Positions 8,210-16,862 of a stretch of 32,000 nt of DNA are shown here, piece after piece (within the stretch, counting starts at the first letter, position 1; each line of letters starts with the position of its first letter). The notes under the pieces are model-generated. The model did not search any database, was not told the DNA's origin, and was given only the letters and a program-made list of their open reading frames with translations. This stretch comes from Nitrosococcus oceani ATCC 19707 (GTDB lineage Bacteria > Pseudomonadota > Gammaproteobacteria > Nitrosococcales > Nitrosococcaceae). The stretch covers positions 1,740,001 through 1,772,000 of the forward strand of contig NC_007484.1 in assembly GCF_000012805.1 (NCBI RefSeq). Reading direction: 5' to 3'. The position numbers were made by a program, and so were the translations under genes.

Positions 8210-8315
8210 GCATTTTATGTTTATCCCAGGAGCCTGGCGTGGGCTGGGCTCCATATCTGCTATTGTGCCTATTAAAGTATAAATTCAGGTTCACCGTAAT
8301 GGGTAGAAAAGGACG

Positions 8316-8819
8316 ATGGCCAAGACAGCGGGAGAGACAGAAAAAATTTTAGAAGGGCCGAGGGAAATTATGGGAGACACTCGGCGCTATTGGTCGCTCA
8401 TGAGCTTTTATGAGCGATTTGAGCATGCTGTTGCGCTGGTATTAACAGGATTGATTGCGGCCATCATATTAATTGCTTTGTGGCGGCTGATGGGCTCGGT
8501 CTGGACTTTGATTGTCATTCAATCCCGCGATCCCTTGGATCATGCTGTTTTCCAAACGGTGTTTGGTAATATCATGACGTTACTCATTGCCATGGAGTTT
8601 AAACACTCTATATTGAGGGTAATAGAGCGTAAGGAACGGATTATCCAGGTTAAGACCGTGCTACTGATCGCCCTGCTTGCTTTAGCACGAAAATTTATTA
8701 TTCTAGATATCTCAGCAATATCGGCTTCTCTGCTAGCAGCGCTAGCATTGTCTTCCCTTGCTCTTGGAAGCGTATATTGGTTGTTGCAGGAGCGGGATGA
8801 TCGGCGGGGCTCTTCTTGA
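8316..8819 (+). CDS. PsiE-family (phosphate-starvation-inducible E-like) membrane protein
   Basis: Four hydrophobic segments are present. The motif ..LLIAMEFKHSI..VKTVLLIALLALARKFIILD resembles the PsiE family core. Confidence 0.55.
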   Translation: MAKTAGETEKILEGPREIMGDTRRYWSLMSFYERFEHAVALVLTGLIAAIILIALWRLMGSVWTLIVIQSRDPLDHAVFQTVFGNIMTLLIAMEFKHSILRVIERKERIIQVKTVLLIALLALARKFIILDISAISASLLAALALSSLALGSVYWLLQERDDRRGSS

Positions 8820-8845
8820 TGAAGCCTAATTTATTTTTCTTAAAT

Positions 8846-10342
8846 TTAGGTTTGGCGATCCTCAGTATTATTGTTTGTATTAAAAGGCTTGGTATTGTTA
8901 GCAATCGCATTAAATTGCCGTTCGATCTCGATTCCAGGGGCGGTGCTTAGCAAACTAGCGCCGACAATGGCGATAGCTGAGAAAATAAAGCCGGGCACCA
9001 GTTCGTAGAGGTCAAAAATTCCCCCGTTTAACTGCTTCCATAATAAAATCGTCATTCCTCCCACGATAATTCCAGCTAGTGCTCCTTGTCGGGTCATTCG
9101 TTTCCAGTAAAGGGCCATGAGGAGGGTGGGGCCAAAAGCAGCGCCAAACCCAGCCCAGGCATAGGCCACTAGTTCCAAAACTTGGCTTTCCGGATCGAGG
9201 GCTAGCCATAATGCCAGGGAAGCAATGATGACGACGGTGGCCCGGCTCACATAGACCAATTCCCGAGCACTTGCTTGATGGCGCAGGAGGGCTTTATAAA
9301 AGTCATCGGTAAATACCGCCGAGCAGACCAATAGTTGGGAATCGGTGGTGCTCATTATAGCTGCCAGGATAGCGGCTAGTAGGACTCCGGCAGGCAAGGG
9401 GTGGAAGAGGATACTGACCATTTCAATGAATACTTTTTCGCTGTCAGCCGTGGAAAGGGGTGGATGTAAGAAGGAGGCTCCCGTAATTCCCACCAAGAGG
9501 GCGCCGATTAAGGTCAGGGTCACCCAACCCATGGCGATCCGCCGCGCCTGGGGCACGGCGTTAAGGGAATGAATGGCCATGAAACGAACCTGAATATGAG
9601 GTTGGCCGAAATACCCTAACCCCCATCCTAGCAGGGAGAGAATAGCGATAGCCCCTAGGGGCTCATCGGTCGTCGCTACAAACAGGTAGAGCCGTTCAGC
9701 ATCAATGCCGGCCAAGGTGGCCTGCCAGCCCCCCAGGTGGAGAATGGCGACCACAGGAACGGCGAGCAGGGCGAGCAGCATCAATAGGCCCTGCACCAGG
9801 TCGGTCCAGGAGACGGCGAGAAATCCCCCGACGAAAGTATAGCTCATAATGGCCAGGGTACCGGCGGTTACGGCCCACGTATAGGGTAGACCGAAGACGG
9901 CGTTGAACAGTTTTCCCCCCGCCACCAAGCCTGCACTGGTATAAAACAAGAAAAAAATCAGAATGAAAGCTGCCGCAACGCAGCGTAGCAGATGGCGATG
10001 ATCATGAAAGCGCTGAGCCAAAAATTCCGGCAAGGTGAGTGAATCTCCAGCAGCCGTGGAATAGGCCCGCAACCGGGCAGCCACCAGGCGCCAGTTGCCA
10101 TAGGTGCCCAACCATAAACCGAGGGCAATCCAGCCAGCTTCCAAGCCATGAAGATAAGCGTAGCCAGGTAGTCCCAAAAGGAGCCAACCACTCATGTCAG
10201 AAGCCCCTGCACTCAAGGCAGTGGTCCAACTTCCGAGCTTGCGGCCCCCAAGGATATAGTCGGATAAATCCCGGGTCCGGACGTAGGCCAGCAGGCCAAG
10301 CAGCAGCATGACGGCGAGGTAAATGATAAAAGTGACTATCAT
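8846..10342 (-). CDS. putP: Sodium:proline symporter (SSF family)
   Basis: The product reads ..DYILGGRKLGSWTTALSAGASDMSGWLLLGLPGYAY.. and has about 13 hydrophobic helices. The start is uncertain: ATG at 10342 or the upstream TTG at 10366 used in the track. Confidence 0.85.
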   Translation of the reverse strand: MIVTFIIYLAVMLLLGLLAYVRTRDLSDYILGGRKLGSWTTALSAGASDMSGWLLLGLPGYAYLHGLEAGWIALGLWLGTYGNWRLVAARLRAYSTAAGDSLTLPEFLAQRFHDHRHLLRCVAAAFILIFFLFYTSAGLVAGGKLFNAVFGLPYTWAVTAGTLAIMSYTFVGGFLAVSWTDLVQGLLMLLALLAVPVVAILHLGGWQATLAGIDAERLYLFVATTDEPLGAIAILSLLGWGLGYFGQPHIQVRFMAIHSLNAVPQARRIAMGWVTLTLIGALLVGITGASFLHPPLSTADSEKVFIEMVSILFHPLPAGVLLAAILAAIMSTTDSQLLVCSAVFTDDFYKALLRHQASARELVYVSRATVVIIASLALWLALDPESQVLELVAYAWAGFGAAFGPTLLMALYWKRMTRQGALAGIIVGGMTILLWKQLNGGIFDLYELVPGFIFSAIAIVGASLLSTAPGIEIERQFNAIANNTKPFNTNNNTEDRQT

Positions 10343-10559
10343 CACGGTTTGGAAAGTTAACCTCAAGGAGTAGAGATAGGGGCGGAATTATAAGGAGATA
10401 TTCATGGCGCTAAAATATGTTTTTGAGCTTGCTCCTGGGTGAAGAAGGCTACACGAAGTGCAATATCTAGTGAACATCTAAAGAGTCAGAAAACTACTCG
10501 GTTTAGTTAAAACAAAAAAGTATCTCACCTCTGCAGGCTAAGCTTCAGAATTGCGTGCG

Positions 10560-10967
10560 GTAGTGGCCGTGTGTTCCGCGACTTTGAGCATCCCAACACC
10601 GATGTGGAGCAAGCTAAGGTCATTCTGGCCGACCAAATTAAAAGATGTTAAGTCGATTTTTGCTTTATGCCCTCCGATCAAATGATTTTCAGAGCCAAAT
10701 AAGAAATTTGGCTTCAGACTCCACAGTTCAGCATATGCGCGTGCCTGATTCGAAGGTGCTAACGCTTACATTACCATCACTAGAAACTTAAAAGCGCTTG
10801 GTAGAAAAATTGATTTTATTTCGGATGAGTATGAGAATTTATCTGAAGTTTACCAGCAAAGACTCACCGCCCTTGCTGAACTGAAGCAATCCTTCCTGCA
10901 CAATGCCTTCACTGGAGAACTGACCGTAAAATCTGACACCGTCCTCAAGCACGGGGCGGTGGCATGA
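10560..10967 (+). pseudogene. hsdS: Type I restriction-modification specificity subunit (HsdS) remnant
   Basis: The C-terminal conserved helix ..YQQRLTALAELKQSFLHNAFTGELT ends at TGA 10965-10967. Upstream there are only broken fragments (..PNTDVEQAKVILADQI..). Confidence 0.4.
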
Positions 10968-11026
10968 ATGAAGCCGAAGCCCGTGGCGAGGGGATTTACC
11001 AGATTGCTAAGGAGATAGAGAAATGA
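10964..11026 (+). pseudogene. hsdR: Type I restriction subunit (HsdR) N-terminal stub, 20 codons
   Basis: An ATGA overlap with the hsdS remnant gives MNEAEARGEGIYQIAKEIEK*. MNEAE(T/A)R is the usual HsdR start. The rest of the gene is absent. Confidence 0.3.
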
Positions 11027-11277
11027 CCCACAAACACATCGGCTCTTCCTGAAGGAGGAGGGCATTTTTGAGGAAGCTACCCCCCCATGCCTTCAAGCGC
11101 ATGCTAACCTGGCAGATTACTGAAGCCATGGAGGTCAAGGGACTTACCACGACCGCCATGGCGCGCCATATGAAGATCAGTTGCGCCCAGCTCGATCGTC
11201 TGCTGGACCTGAACAACGAGAAGGTGCAGCTCGCTGCCTCCGCTGTTGGCCGTACCCTGCGTATTAAATTGGCCTGA
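11023..11277 (+). pseudogene. XRE-type HTH antitoxin-like gene with two frameshifts
   Basis: The three pieces are MTHKHIGSS* (frame a), LKEEGIFEEATP (frame b) and PHAFKRMLTWQITEAMEVKGLTTTAMARHMKISCAQLDRLLDLNNEKVQL..GRTLRIKLA (frame c). The second shift falls in a C7 homopolymer at 11050-11056. Confidence 0.55.
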
Positions 11278-11450
11278 AGTAGGGAGAGAGTCCTGCTTTG
11301 CTTCCTGAAATAGGGATGGCCGGAGAATTCAAAAAAATCGTATGCTCAGCCTTTGGCGGCGTCCTTAGCAGTCGGAAGCAGCCTCGCTGGATCCATTTAC
11401 CCTGTTATGTTACCAGTTATAATTAAATTACTACGATCAAGGATATTCAC

Positions 11451-11669
11451 ATGACTGAGAAATTTAAAGTTGGCGATCACGTAACGTGGAACTCGGAAGC
11501 TGGCCGCGTCAGCGGGACGATCCAGAAGGTCCATACCAGCGACTTTGACTACAAGGGCCACACGCATCGCGCTTCCGTCGACGATCCGCAATATGAAATT
11601 AAAAGCGATAAGACTGATCATATCGCAGCACATAAAGGCAGTGCGCTTACGAAGTCGGCACGCAAATAG
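11451..11669 (+). CDS. DUF2945 (hypervirulence-associated Tudor-like) protein
   Basis: The product MTEKFKVGDHVTWNSEAGRVSGTIQKVHTSDFDYKGHTHRASVDDPQYEIKSDKTDHIAAHKGSAL is the characteristic DUF2945 sequence. Confidence 0.8.
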   Translation: MTEKFKVGDHVTWNSEAGRVSGTIQKVHTSDFDYKGHTHRASVDDPQYEIKSDKTDHIAAHKGSALTKSARK

Positions 11670-11677
11670 ACGAGAGG

Positions 11678-12220
11678 GTGCTTCCATTCTACACGATCGG
11701 CCATTCCGCGCGGACGCTCGATGCCTTTCTCGATCTGCTGAGAGCAGCCCAGGTGACGGTTGTGGCCGACATCCGCTCGGTGCCAAAATCGAGAACTAAT
11801 CCGCAATACAATAAGGATATACTGCCAAATACGCTGACCGCCTTTCAAATTGGCTACGAACACATCGCCGAGCTGGGCGGATTGCGTGGCAAGGCCAAGT
11901 CTGTAGAGCCGACTGTTAATAGCTTCTGGGAAAACCGAAGCTTTCAAAATTATGCCGATTATGCTCTCAGTGTCTCATTCCGCGCTGGCCTGGATCGGCT
12001 AATCGCGCTGGGGCATGCACGACGATGCGTGATGATGTGTTCGGAAGCCGTATGGTGGCGTTGCCATCGGCGGATTGTCGCGGATCATCTCATTGCCCGT
12101 GGTGAGAGCGTTATTCATTTAATAGGCAGGGATAGGGCTGAACCGGCAAAGCTGACCGCAGGCGCGTGCGTTCATAAAAATGGGAGGGTGACCTACCCAG
12201 CGGGAAGTATCGAGGGTTAA
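11678..12220 (+). CDS. DUF488-family protein
   Basis: The product reads YTIGHS..LD-x-F..LL..V-x-VADIRS-x-P-x-SR-x-NPQ..CSEAVWWRCHRRIVADHL, the DUF488 hallmark. It has a GTG start. Confidence 0.8.
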   Translation: MLPFYTIGHSARTLDAFLDLLRAAQVTVVADIRSVPKSRTNPQYNKDILPNTLTAFQIGYEHIAELGGLRGKAKSVEPTVNSFWENRSFQNYADYALSVSFRAGLDRLIALGHARRCVMMCSEAVWWRCHRRIVADHLIARGESVIHLIGRDRAEPAKLTAGACVHKNGRVTYPAGSIEG

Positions 12221-12693
12221 ATAGGAACGGCGATCGCAGAAATTAGATGCTATTACCACCGTTGCTTGTCCTCCGGTTGCTCTAGAATCAGCACCATTTG
12301 ATCGTAGATCAATGAGCATAGGTAACTTAGACTGGGAAAACCTTTAATACCTCTCAATTACTTACTAGGGATCGGCCCACGAAACGGGAAAAATCGTACG
12401 CTAAGTCGCTCGTGGCGCATAACGGTTTTAGTCGTCGGATCTATCGGAAATTGCAGTATCGCCTTATACCGAACCGACGGTATAATGTGATAGATTTGTG
12501 ACTTCGGCGTCGTTGAGATGTTCCATTCCATGTCCGCTTCGTTGGTATCCCGCGACCAAGTGCTTGATCGTCCGAGCTTCGTTTTCATAGCGTGCGGCCT
12601 GGCCACAACCGCGTCATTTGATCGGACCCTCCAAGCTCTGCTGGATCGTGTGCTTGCGCCGGTAGTTTGATACCAGGTCACAGGAGAAATCTA

Positions 12694-12904
12694 ATGACTG
12701 AGCTAACCCCCGCGCCACGCGTTCATTACGTCGGACTAGATATTTTCTACCAAGGGGCCGGACACCAAGCACGGATTCCCTACCTCGTCGCCTTTGTTCT
12801 GGAACTTCATCCTGCTACTGAATGACGGCTATCATGTCGTTGCACCCGACTATCGGGCTTCGACTAACCCGCTACACGCTATTAATTATTCGATTTCTGA
12901 GTAA
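12694..12904 (+). pseudogene. Alpha/beta-hydrolase N-terminal fragment, frameshifted and truncated
   Basis: AGGAG precedes the ATG at 12694. The product reads ..VHYVGLDIFYQGAG.. then shifts frame to ..LLLNDGYHVVAPDYR.., compared with the usual G-x-x-IFY-x-EAG..LLLLHGFP..YHV(I/V)APD-x-x-G-x-G. The nucleophile elbow and the remainder are absent. Confidence 0.5.
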
Positions 12905-12968
12905 ACATGAGTGCACATAGCGCATTTTGGTTCGGGCGACCAGGCGTAGTTGATCGCGTGGGCTTGCC

Positions 12969-14438
12969 ATGATGGCGGTCTGGGCTGCGTTGCCCATCGG
13001 GGTCGCGCTTGGGATGCTCGTGTTCCGCGTCGGACCGATCGGGACGGCCGCGACCGCGCTGGCCTGTGGCGTGGGTGTGGCGATGGGAGTGTTTGCCGCC
13101 GAAATGGGCCCAATCTTATCCGCCCAGGCTGCAATGGCGTCGCTGTTTGTCGAGGTTGCAGCCATCTTGTTCGGTGGCCTTTGGCTGAGCCGGATATTGA
13201 CAGCGACCGGCGCGCAGCAGCGCCTGGCCGGCTGGCTGACGGGTATGTGTCGCGATCCGGCTCGGGCGGTCCTGCTGGTCGTACTCGGCGTGGTGCCGTT
13301 CGCGGAGTCGATGACGGGTTTCGGGATCGGCGTTGTGGTCGGTATTCCGCTGCTGATCCAATTCGGCTTCCCTCGGGTTCACGCCGCCATACTCGGGCTG
13401 TTGGGACTGATCATCGTCCCGTGGGGCTCATTGGGACCCGGTACACTGGTCGCGGCCCGCTTGACTGGCATTGATTTTCAGGCGTTGGGCATTGCCTCCG
13501 CGTTGCTGTCGGGGCCAGTCTTTATATTGATGGGTGCGGGGGCTCTGACGCTGGGTGTCGGCGGGCGGCGTGCCGCGGCCGCCTGGCCTGATTTGGTACT
13601 GACCGCTGGCGTGCTCTGGGTTGCGGTCTGGGGCGTCAACGTCGTTCTCGGAACGCCACTGGCCGGGGTATTGGGTAGTTTGGCCAGTATCAGCGCCTTA
13701 TTGATTCGGGTGCGTTTGTATGAGCGGCAGTCGCTGGTCATCCCACTGCTGGTTCGCCGCGATCTGGCGCCTTACGCGATGCTGATTGCGGGACTGCTTG
13801 TGACCTCGGCATGGATGGCCTTGTGGCCTGGCAAGGCGCCCGCCTGGTTGAGGGTGCTGCACAGTCCCGCGACTTGGTTGCTGGTAACCGCTGCGTTGAC
13901 ACCCGTACTGCTTGGCCAATCCATGCAGGCCCAGCCGAGGGCGCTGCGCCAGACGCTTAGCGGCTGGTGGCCGATCGCCCTAGCTACGGTACTGTTCCTA
14001 GCGTTAGGCACGTTGTTGAGCAGCACCGGGATGAGCACGGTGCTGGCCCAGGCCGGCGCGCAACTAGGACCCGCCTATCCGGCCCTTGCGCCCTGGATTG
14101 GCGCGCTCGGCGGCTTTCTGACCGGCTCGAACACCGGGGCAAGTGCCATGTTTGCCGCTAGCCAGGCGCAAGCGGCGCAGGCGATTGGCTACCCGGTGCT
14201 GACGTTGGTGGCGTTTCAGAACGTTGCGGCGTCGTTGGCGACTATGGCCGCAGTACCACGCGTGATGATGGCCTGTCGTATCGCACAAGATGCACCACCA
14301 CCGCAACAGGCAATATTTGCGACAGGTGTTACGGCGGACGCGTCGGTCGTCTCCCGATCCCACGTCTGGCCGATCGTCTTGGTGCTCAATGGTTTGATAT
14401 TAGTGGTGCTCTCGGCTCTGTCGATGGGACTGATGTGA
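12969..14438 (+). CDS. L-lactate permease (LctP) family transporter
   Basis: A 489-aa polytopic membrane protein. The motif ..VVPFAESMTGFGIGVVVGIPLLIQFGFP..IVPWGSLGPG.. resembles the LctP core (F-x-E-x-x-x-GFG-x-x-V..). It is much more GC-rich by eye than its surroundings. Confidence 0.7.
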   Translation: MMAVWAALPIGVALGMLVFRVGPIGTAATALACGVGVAMGVFAAEMGPILSAQAAMASLFVEVAAILFGGLWLSRILTATGAQQRLAGWLTGMCRDPARAVLLVVLGVVPFAESMTGFGIGVVVGIPLLIQFGFPRVHAAILGLLGLIIVPWGSLGPGTLVAARLTGIDFQALGIASALLSGPVFILMGAGALTLGVGGRRAAAAWPDLVLTAGVLWVAVWGVNVVLGTPLAGVLGSLASISALLIRVRLYERQSLVIPLLVRRDLAPYAMLIAGLLVTSAWMALWPGKAPAWLRVLHSPATWLLVTAALTPVLLGQSMQAQPRALRQTLSGWWPIALATVLFLALGTLLSSTGMSTVLAQAGAQLGPAYPALAPWIGALGGFLTGSNTGASAMFAASQAQAAQAIGYPVLTLVAFQNVAASLATMAAVPRVMMACRIAQDAPPPQQAIFATGVTADASVVSRSHVWPIVLVLNGLILVVLSALSMGLM

Positions 14439-14739
14439 TGGCCAATGAGTTATTGGCCGGCACTTTACTACCCCGGTCCCGCCGATGGTCAAGGGTTGCA
14501 ACGGCTTGTGGATTTTGCCCTCGTTCACAAGGACCATTGTTTAAATTGCCCCTCGATAGCGGCTTTCTCCTGGGTCAGCTTGGCCCTGGTGGTGGCCATT
14601 ATACTCAACCCATAATATTAGCCCGAAGCCCGCCTGGTGGGCTAGAATAGCCCATGAAGCACAGGGGATCGGCGTACCTCTCAGGGTATACGCCAGATAG
14701 CTACGGATATCGCTAAGGTATTATACGCCTAATTTATCT

Positions 14740-15027
14740 GCTGACTTTGGTGCGCCGTGTGCTCGAAAAATCGTAGGTGCTGTTGACGATAATATGCTCG
14801 CCCTCAAGGCTAATCATGGCCATGATTATATTGCATACCGTGCTGGCAATTCTAGCTTCCGGGAAGATGAGTGCCGTGTTCACGACCCCATGGCGGGAGG
14901 CAACTTCGCCCTGCTTCGCAAGATCGCCATCAGTCTGCTCGTCCGGGACCGCTCCAACAAAACTAGTCTGCGTGGCAGATGCAGAAAAGTAGCCTGGGAC
15001 AACGATTATATGCGCCAACTTTTTTAA
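14740..15027 (+). pseudogene. ISAs1-family transposase remnant (internally deleted C-terminal part)
   Basis: The fragment ..GAPCARKIVGAVDDNMLALKANHG.. joins directly to ..SFREDECRVHDPMAGGNFALLRKIAISLLVRDRSNKTSLRGRCRKVAWDNDYMRQLF. This compares with the ISAs1 pattern ..LALKGNQ.. and ..AFREDESR..G-x-A-x-x-NFA-x-LR-x-IALNLL..K-x-A-x-WD-x-x-YL. Confidence 0.6.
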
Positions 15028-15209
15028 ACCAATTTCATTGCGCTATCCCTGCGCTTCTTGGGAATTCAAAACCGTAGGTTCCTGTTCAAATGTGCTCGCT
15101 GGTCCCAGTTGAAAGAATTCCGCGCTGAGTAAAGAAATTCTGAAGGAATTCAGTTTGACGCCGAAAAAGAGAAAACATTCACCGCACGCTTAATTTTTTT
15201 CTTTACCCA

Positions 15210-15929
15210 ATGACCCCCCTTGATGAAAAAACTTTTGAAGCACTCCAGGATGAATGGTCCCATGTGCTTGAGCTGCATAAAGCGGCTCGCCGTAAACGCA
15301 TTCATGCCAGAGTGATTCAGTGGGAAACGCGCCTTTCTGAGCTAAAAGATGAGCAGAAGAGGCTTATCAACTCGGGGCGGTGGGTGAGAGGGCCTGCGGA
15401 CATCCTTTCTGTCATCGGCAAGGCCCGGAGAGAGCTTTATCATTCGGCTATTTTACGCTGGTTGCTTGATCCCCTATCGCCTCATGGGCTTGGGATTAAA
15501 TTTCTCCGGGGATTTCTTCAAGCAGCGAAGCTCCCCCCGCTCGTAACTAAATTGGCACCTGAGGATATCCTCTCTATTGAGACCGAAGTGGCCCGTGTGG
15601 AAGCGAGGGCGGATATCGTCATTTCGACCGTTAGCGGTTTAATCATCATAGAGAACAAGATAGATGCCTCGGAAGGGGATAACCAATGCCAGCGTCTGTT
15701 CGAAGCATTTAGGCGTGAAAATGCCTGGTTTATCTTCTTGACCTCCAATGGTAGGACGCCCTCATCAGCGCCCGCTTGTGTTCGGGCGCATTTTAGACCC
15801 ATAAGTTACCGCCAAATACAGCGATTGCTGATGGCAGCTCTAGAAAGCAGTCCACAAGGTAATCCGGATGCTCCAGGCAGAGCTTCCGCGCGTAGCTACT
15901 TAGCCACTCTTCAAAAAGAGGTGTTATGA
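15210..15929 (+). CDS. PD-(D/E)xK nuclease superfamily protein (PDDEXK_4-like)
   Basis: The product reads ..RELYHSAILRWLLDPLSPHGLG-x-KFLRGFL.., then ARADIVIS..GLIIIENKIDASEGDNQCQR (D..E-x-K core), then WFIFLTSNGRTP. Confidence 0.65.
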   Translation: MTPLDEKTFEALQDEWSHVLELHKAARRKRIHARVIQWETRLSELKDEQKRLINSGRWVRGPADILSVIGKARRELYHSAILRWLLDPLSPHGLGIKFLRGFLQAAKLPPLVTKLAPEDILSIETEVARVEARADIVISTVSGLIIIENKIDASEGDNQCQRLFEAFRRENAWFIFLTSNGRTPSSAPACVRAHFRPISYRQIQRLLMAALESSPQGNPDAPGRASARSYLATLQKEVL

Positions 15930-16504
15930 AACGAATTGAAGATGAACGCATCCAATTTTTTCTCCGCCACCATAAGCTGATTCGCCAGTGGGCCGCTATT
16001 GAGCCGGAGGCTCGGAAAGTTATCAATGAATTCCTTCAAACGCTTGGAGATTTTGCTAAAGATCAACAAAATTCAGCCCCAGATTCCTGGAAGATTTGCT
16101 GGGATTTTAATAGCTCCTGGCCAAGGATTTTACGGTTTCTACCGGAATGGGGTGAATCTGAAGGGACTTTGCCCCGGGTAAGCATTGGTTTGGAATGGTA
16201 TAAGCCCTCCGTGGATCTTCTGTCTCCTACCGGTTCACCTTATGTCGGCGTTCGGATTGATCCCAACCTGCAAGGGAGCAGGATACTCCACGATAGACTC
16301 CAGCAAAGCTGTCAACATTGTGCTCAAGGTTATGGCTTTGGCTCTGAGCGTTGGTGGCCAGCCTTTAAATCCATCCCGCCTAGTGATGAGGAATTTTGGA
16401 AAGACTTGGATGCCTATAGAGCGCAGCTTGACAAGGAATTTGAGCAAGCATGGGAATTATTCGCTCCTATTGTGAGCCAGACTCTCCGCGCATCTAATCC
16501 ATGA
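15926..16504 (+). CDS. Hypothetical protein translationally coupled to the PD-(D/E)xK gene
   Basis: An ATGA start/stop overlap at 15926-15929 opens a 192-codon ORF. It is Trp-rich and I recognise no domain. Confidence 0.6.
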   Translation: MKRIEDERIQFFLRHHKLIRQWAAIEPEARKVINEFLQTLGDFAKDQQNSAPDSWKICWDFNSSWPRILRFLPEWGESEGTLPRVSIGLEWYKPSVDLLSPTGSPYVGVRIDPNLQGSRILHDRLQQSCQHCAQGYGFGSERWWPAFKSIPPSDEEFWKDLDAYRAQLDKEFEQAWELFAPIVSQTLRASNP

Positions 16505-16862
16505 CACTGATCTCCCCGCAGCTTAGTGATTATCAAGAGAGCCCTCTACTTCTTAAAGCTTCACCACCAATCCCGCCATTGGCTCAGCAAAGCCTGGATG
16601 TCCACGGTCTTTGAACCTCAATTGGACGAAAAAGTACTATAAGCTTCTTCAAACATCGGAATTGCTATCGAATGGCGCCAGATACGACTCTTGAGGTTCA
16701 AAGTCCTACCCAGGCGATTTATGACATGATCAACGACAGCGCCAAGGAACGCGTGGTGAATAAGCGTAAAATCCGGGAGATGCGCCATCAGGCGGGGATA
16801 CGTTTCTAGATTTTACGCCGGTGATGATGGTGGTCAGCGCCTAGAGGATGGCTTATCAAGTA

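Noticed and set aside
12358-12681. The minus-strand 107-aa ORF between DUF488 and the hydrolase stub.
   Set aside because: I found no recognisable motif in any frame and no start context. It is probably a residual open frame in decayed DNA, so I left it unannotated rather than guessing.
12872-14363. Numerous ORFs overlapping the LctP-family gene in other frames or on the other strand (for example 12950-13474, 13116-13382, 13478-13741, 13772-14038 and 14064-14363).
   Set aside because: These are the typical stop-poor alternative frames of GC-rich DNA, with Arg/Pro/Gly-rich nonsense translations. Only the 12969-14438 frame gives a coherent polytopic transporter.
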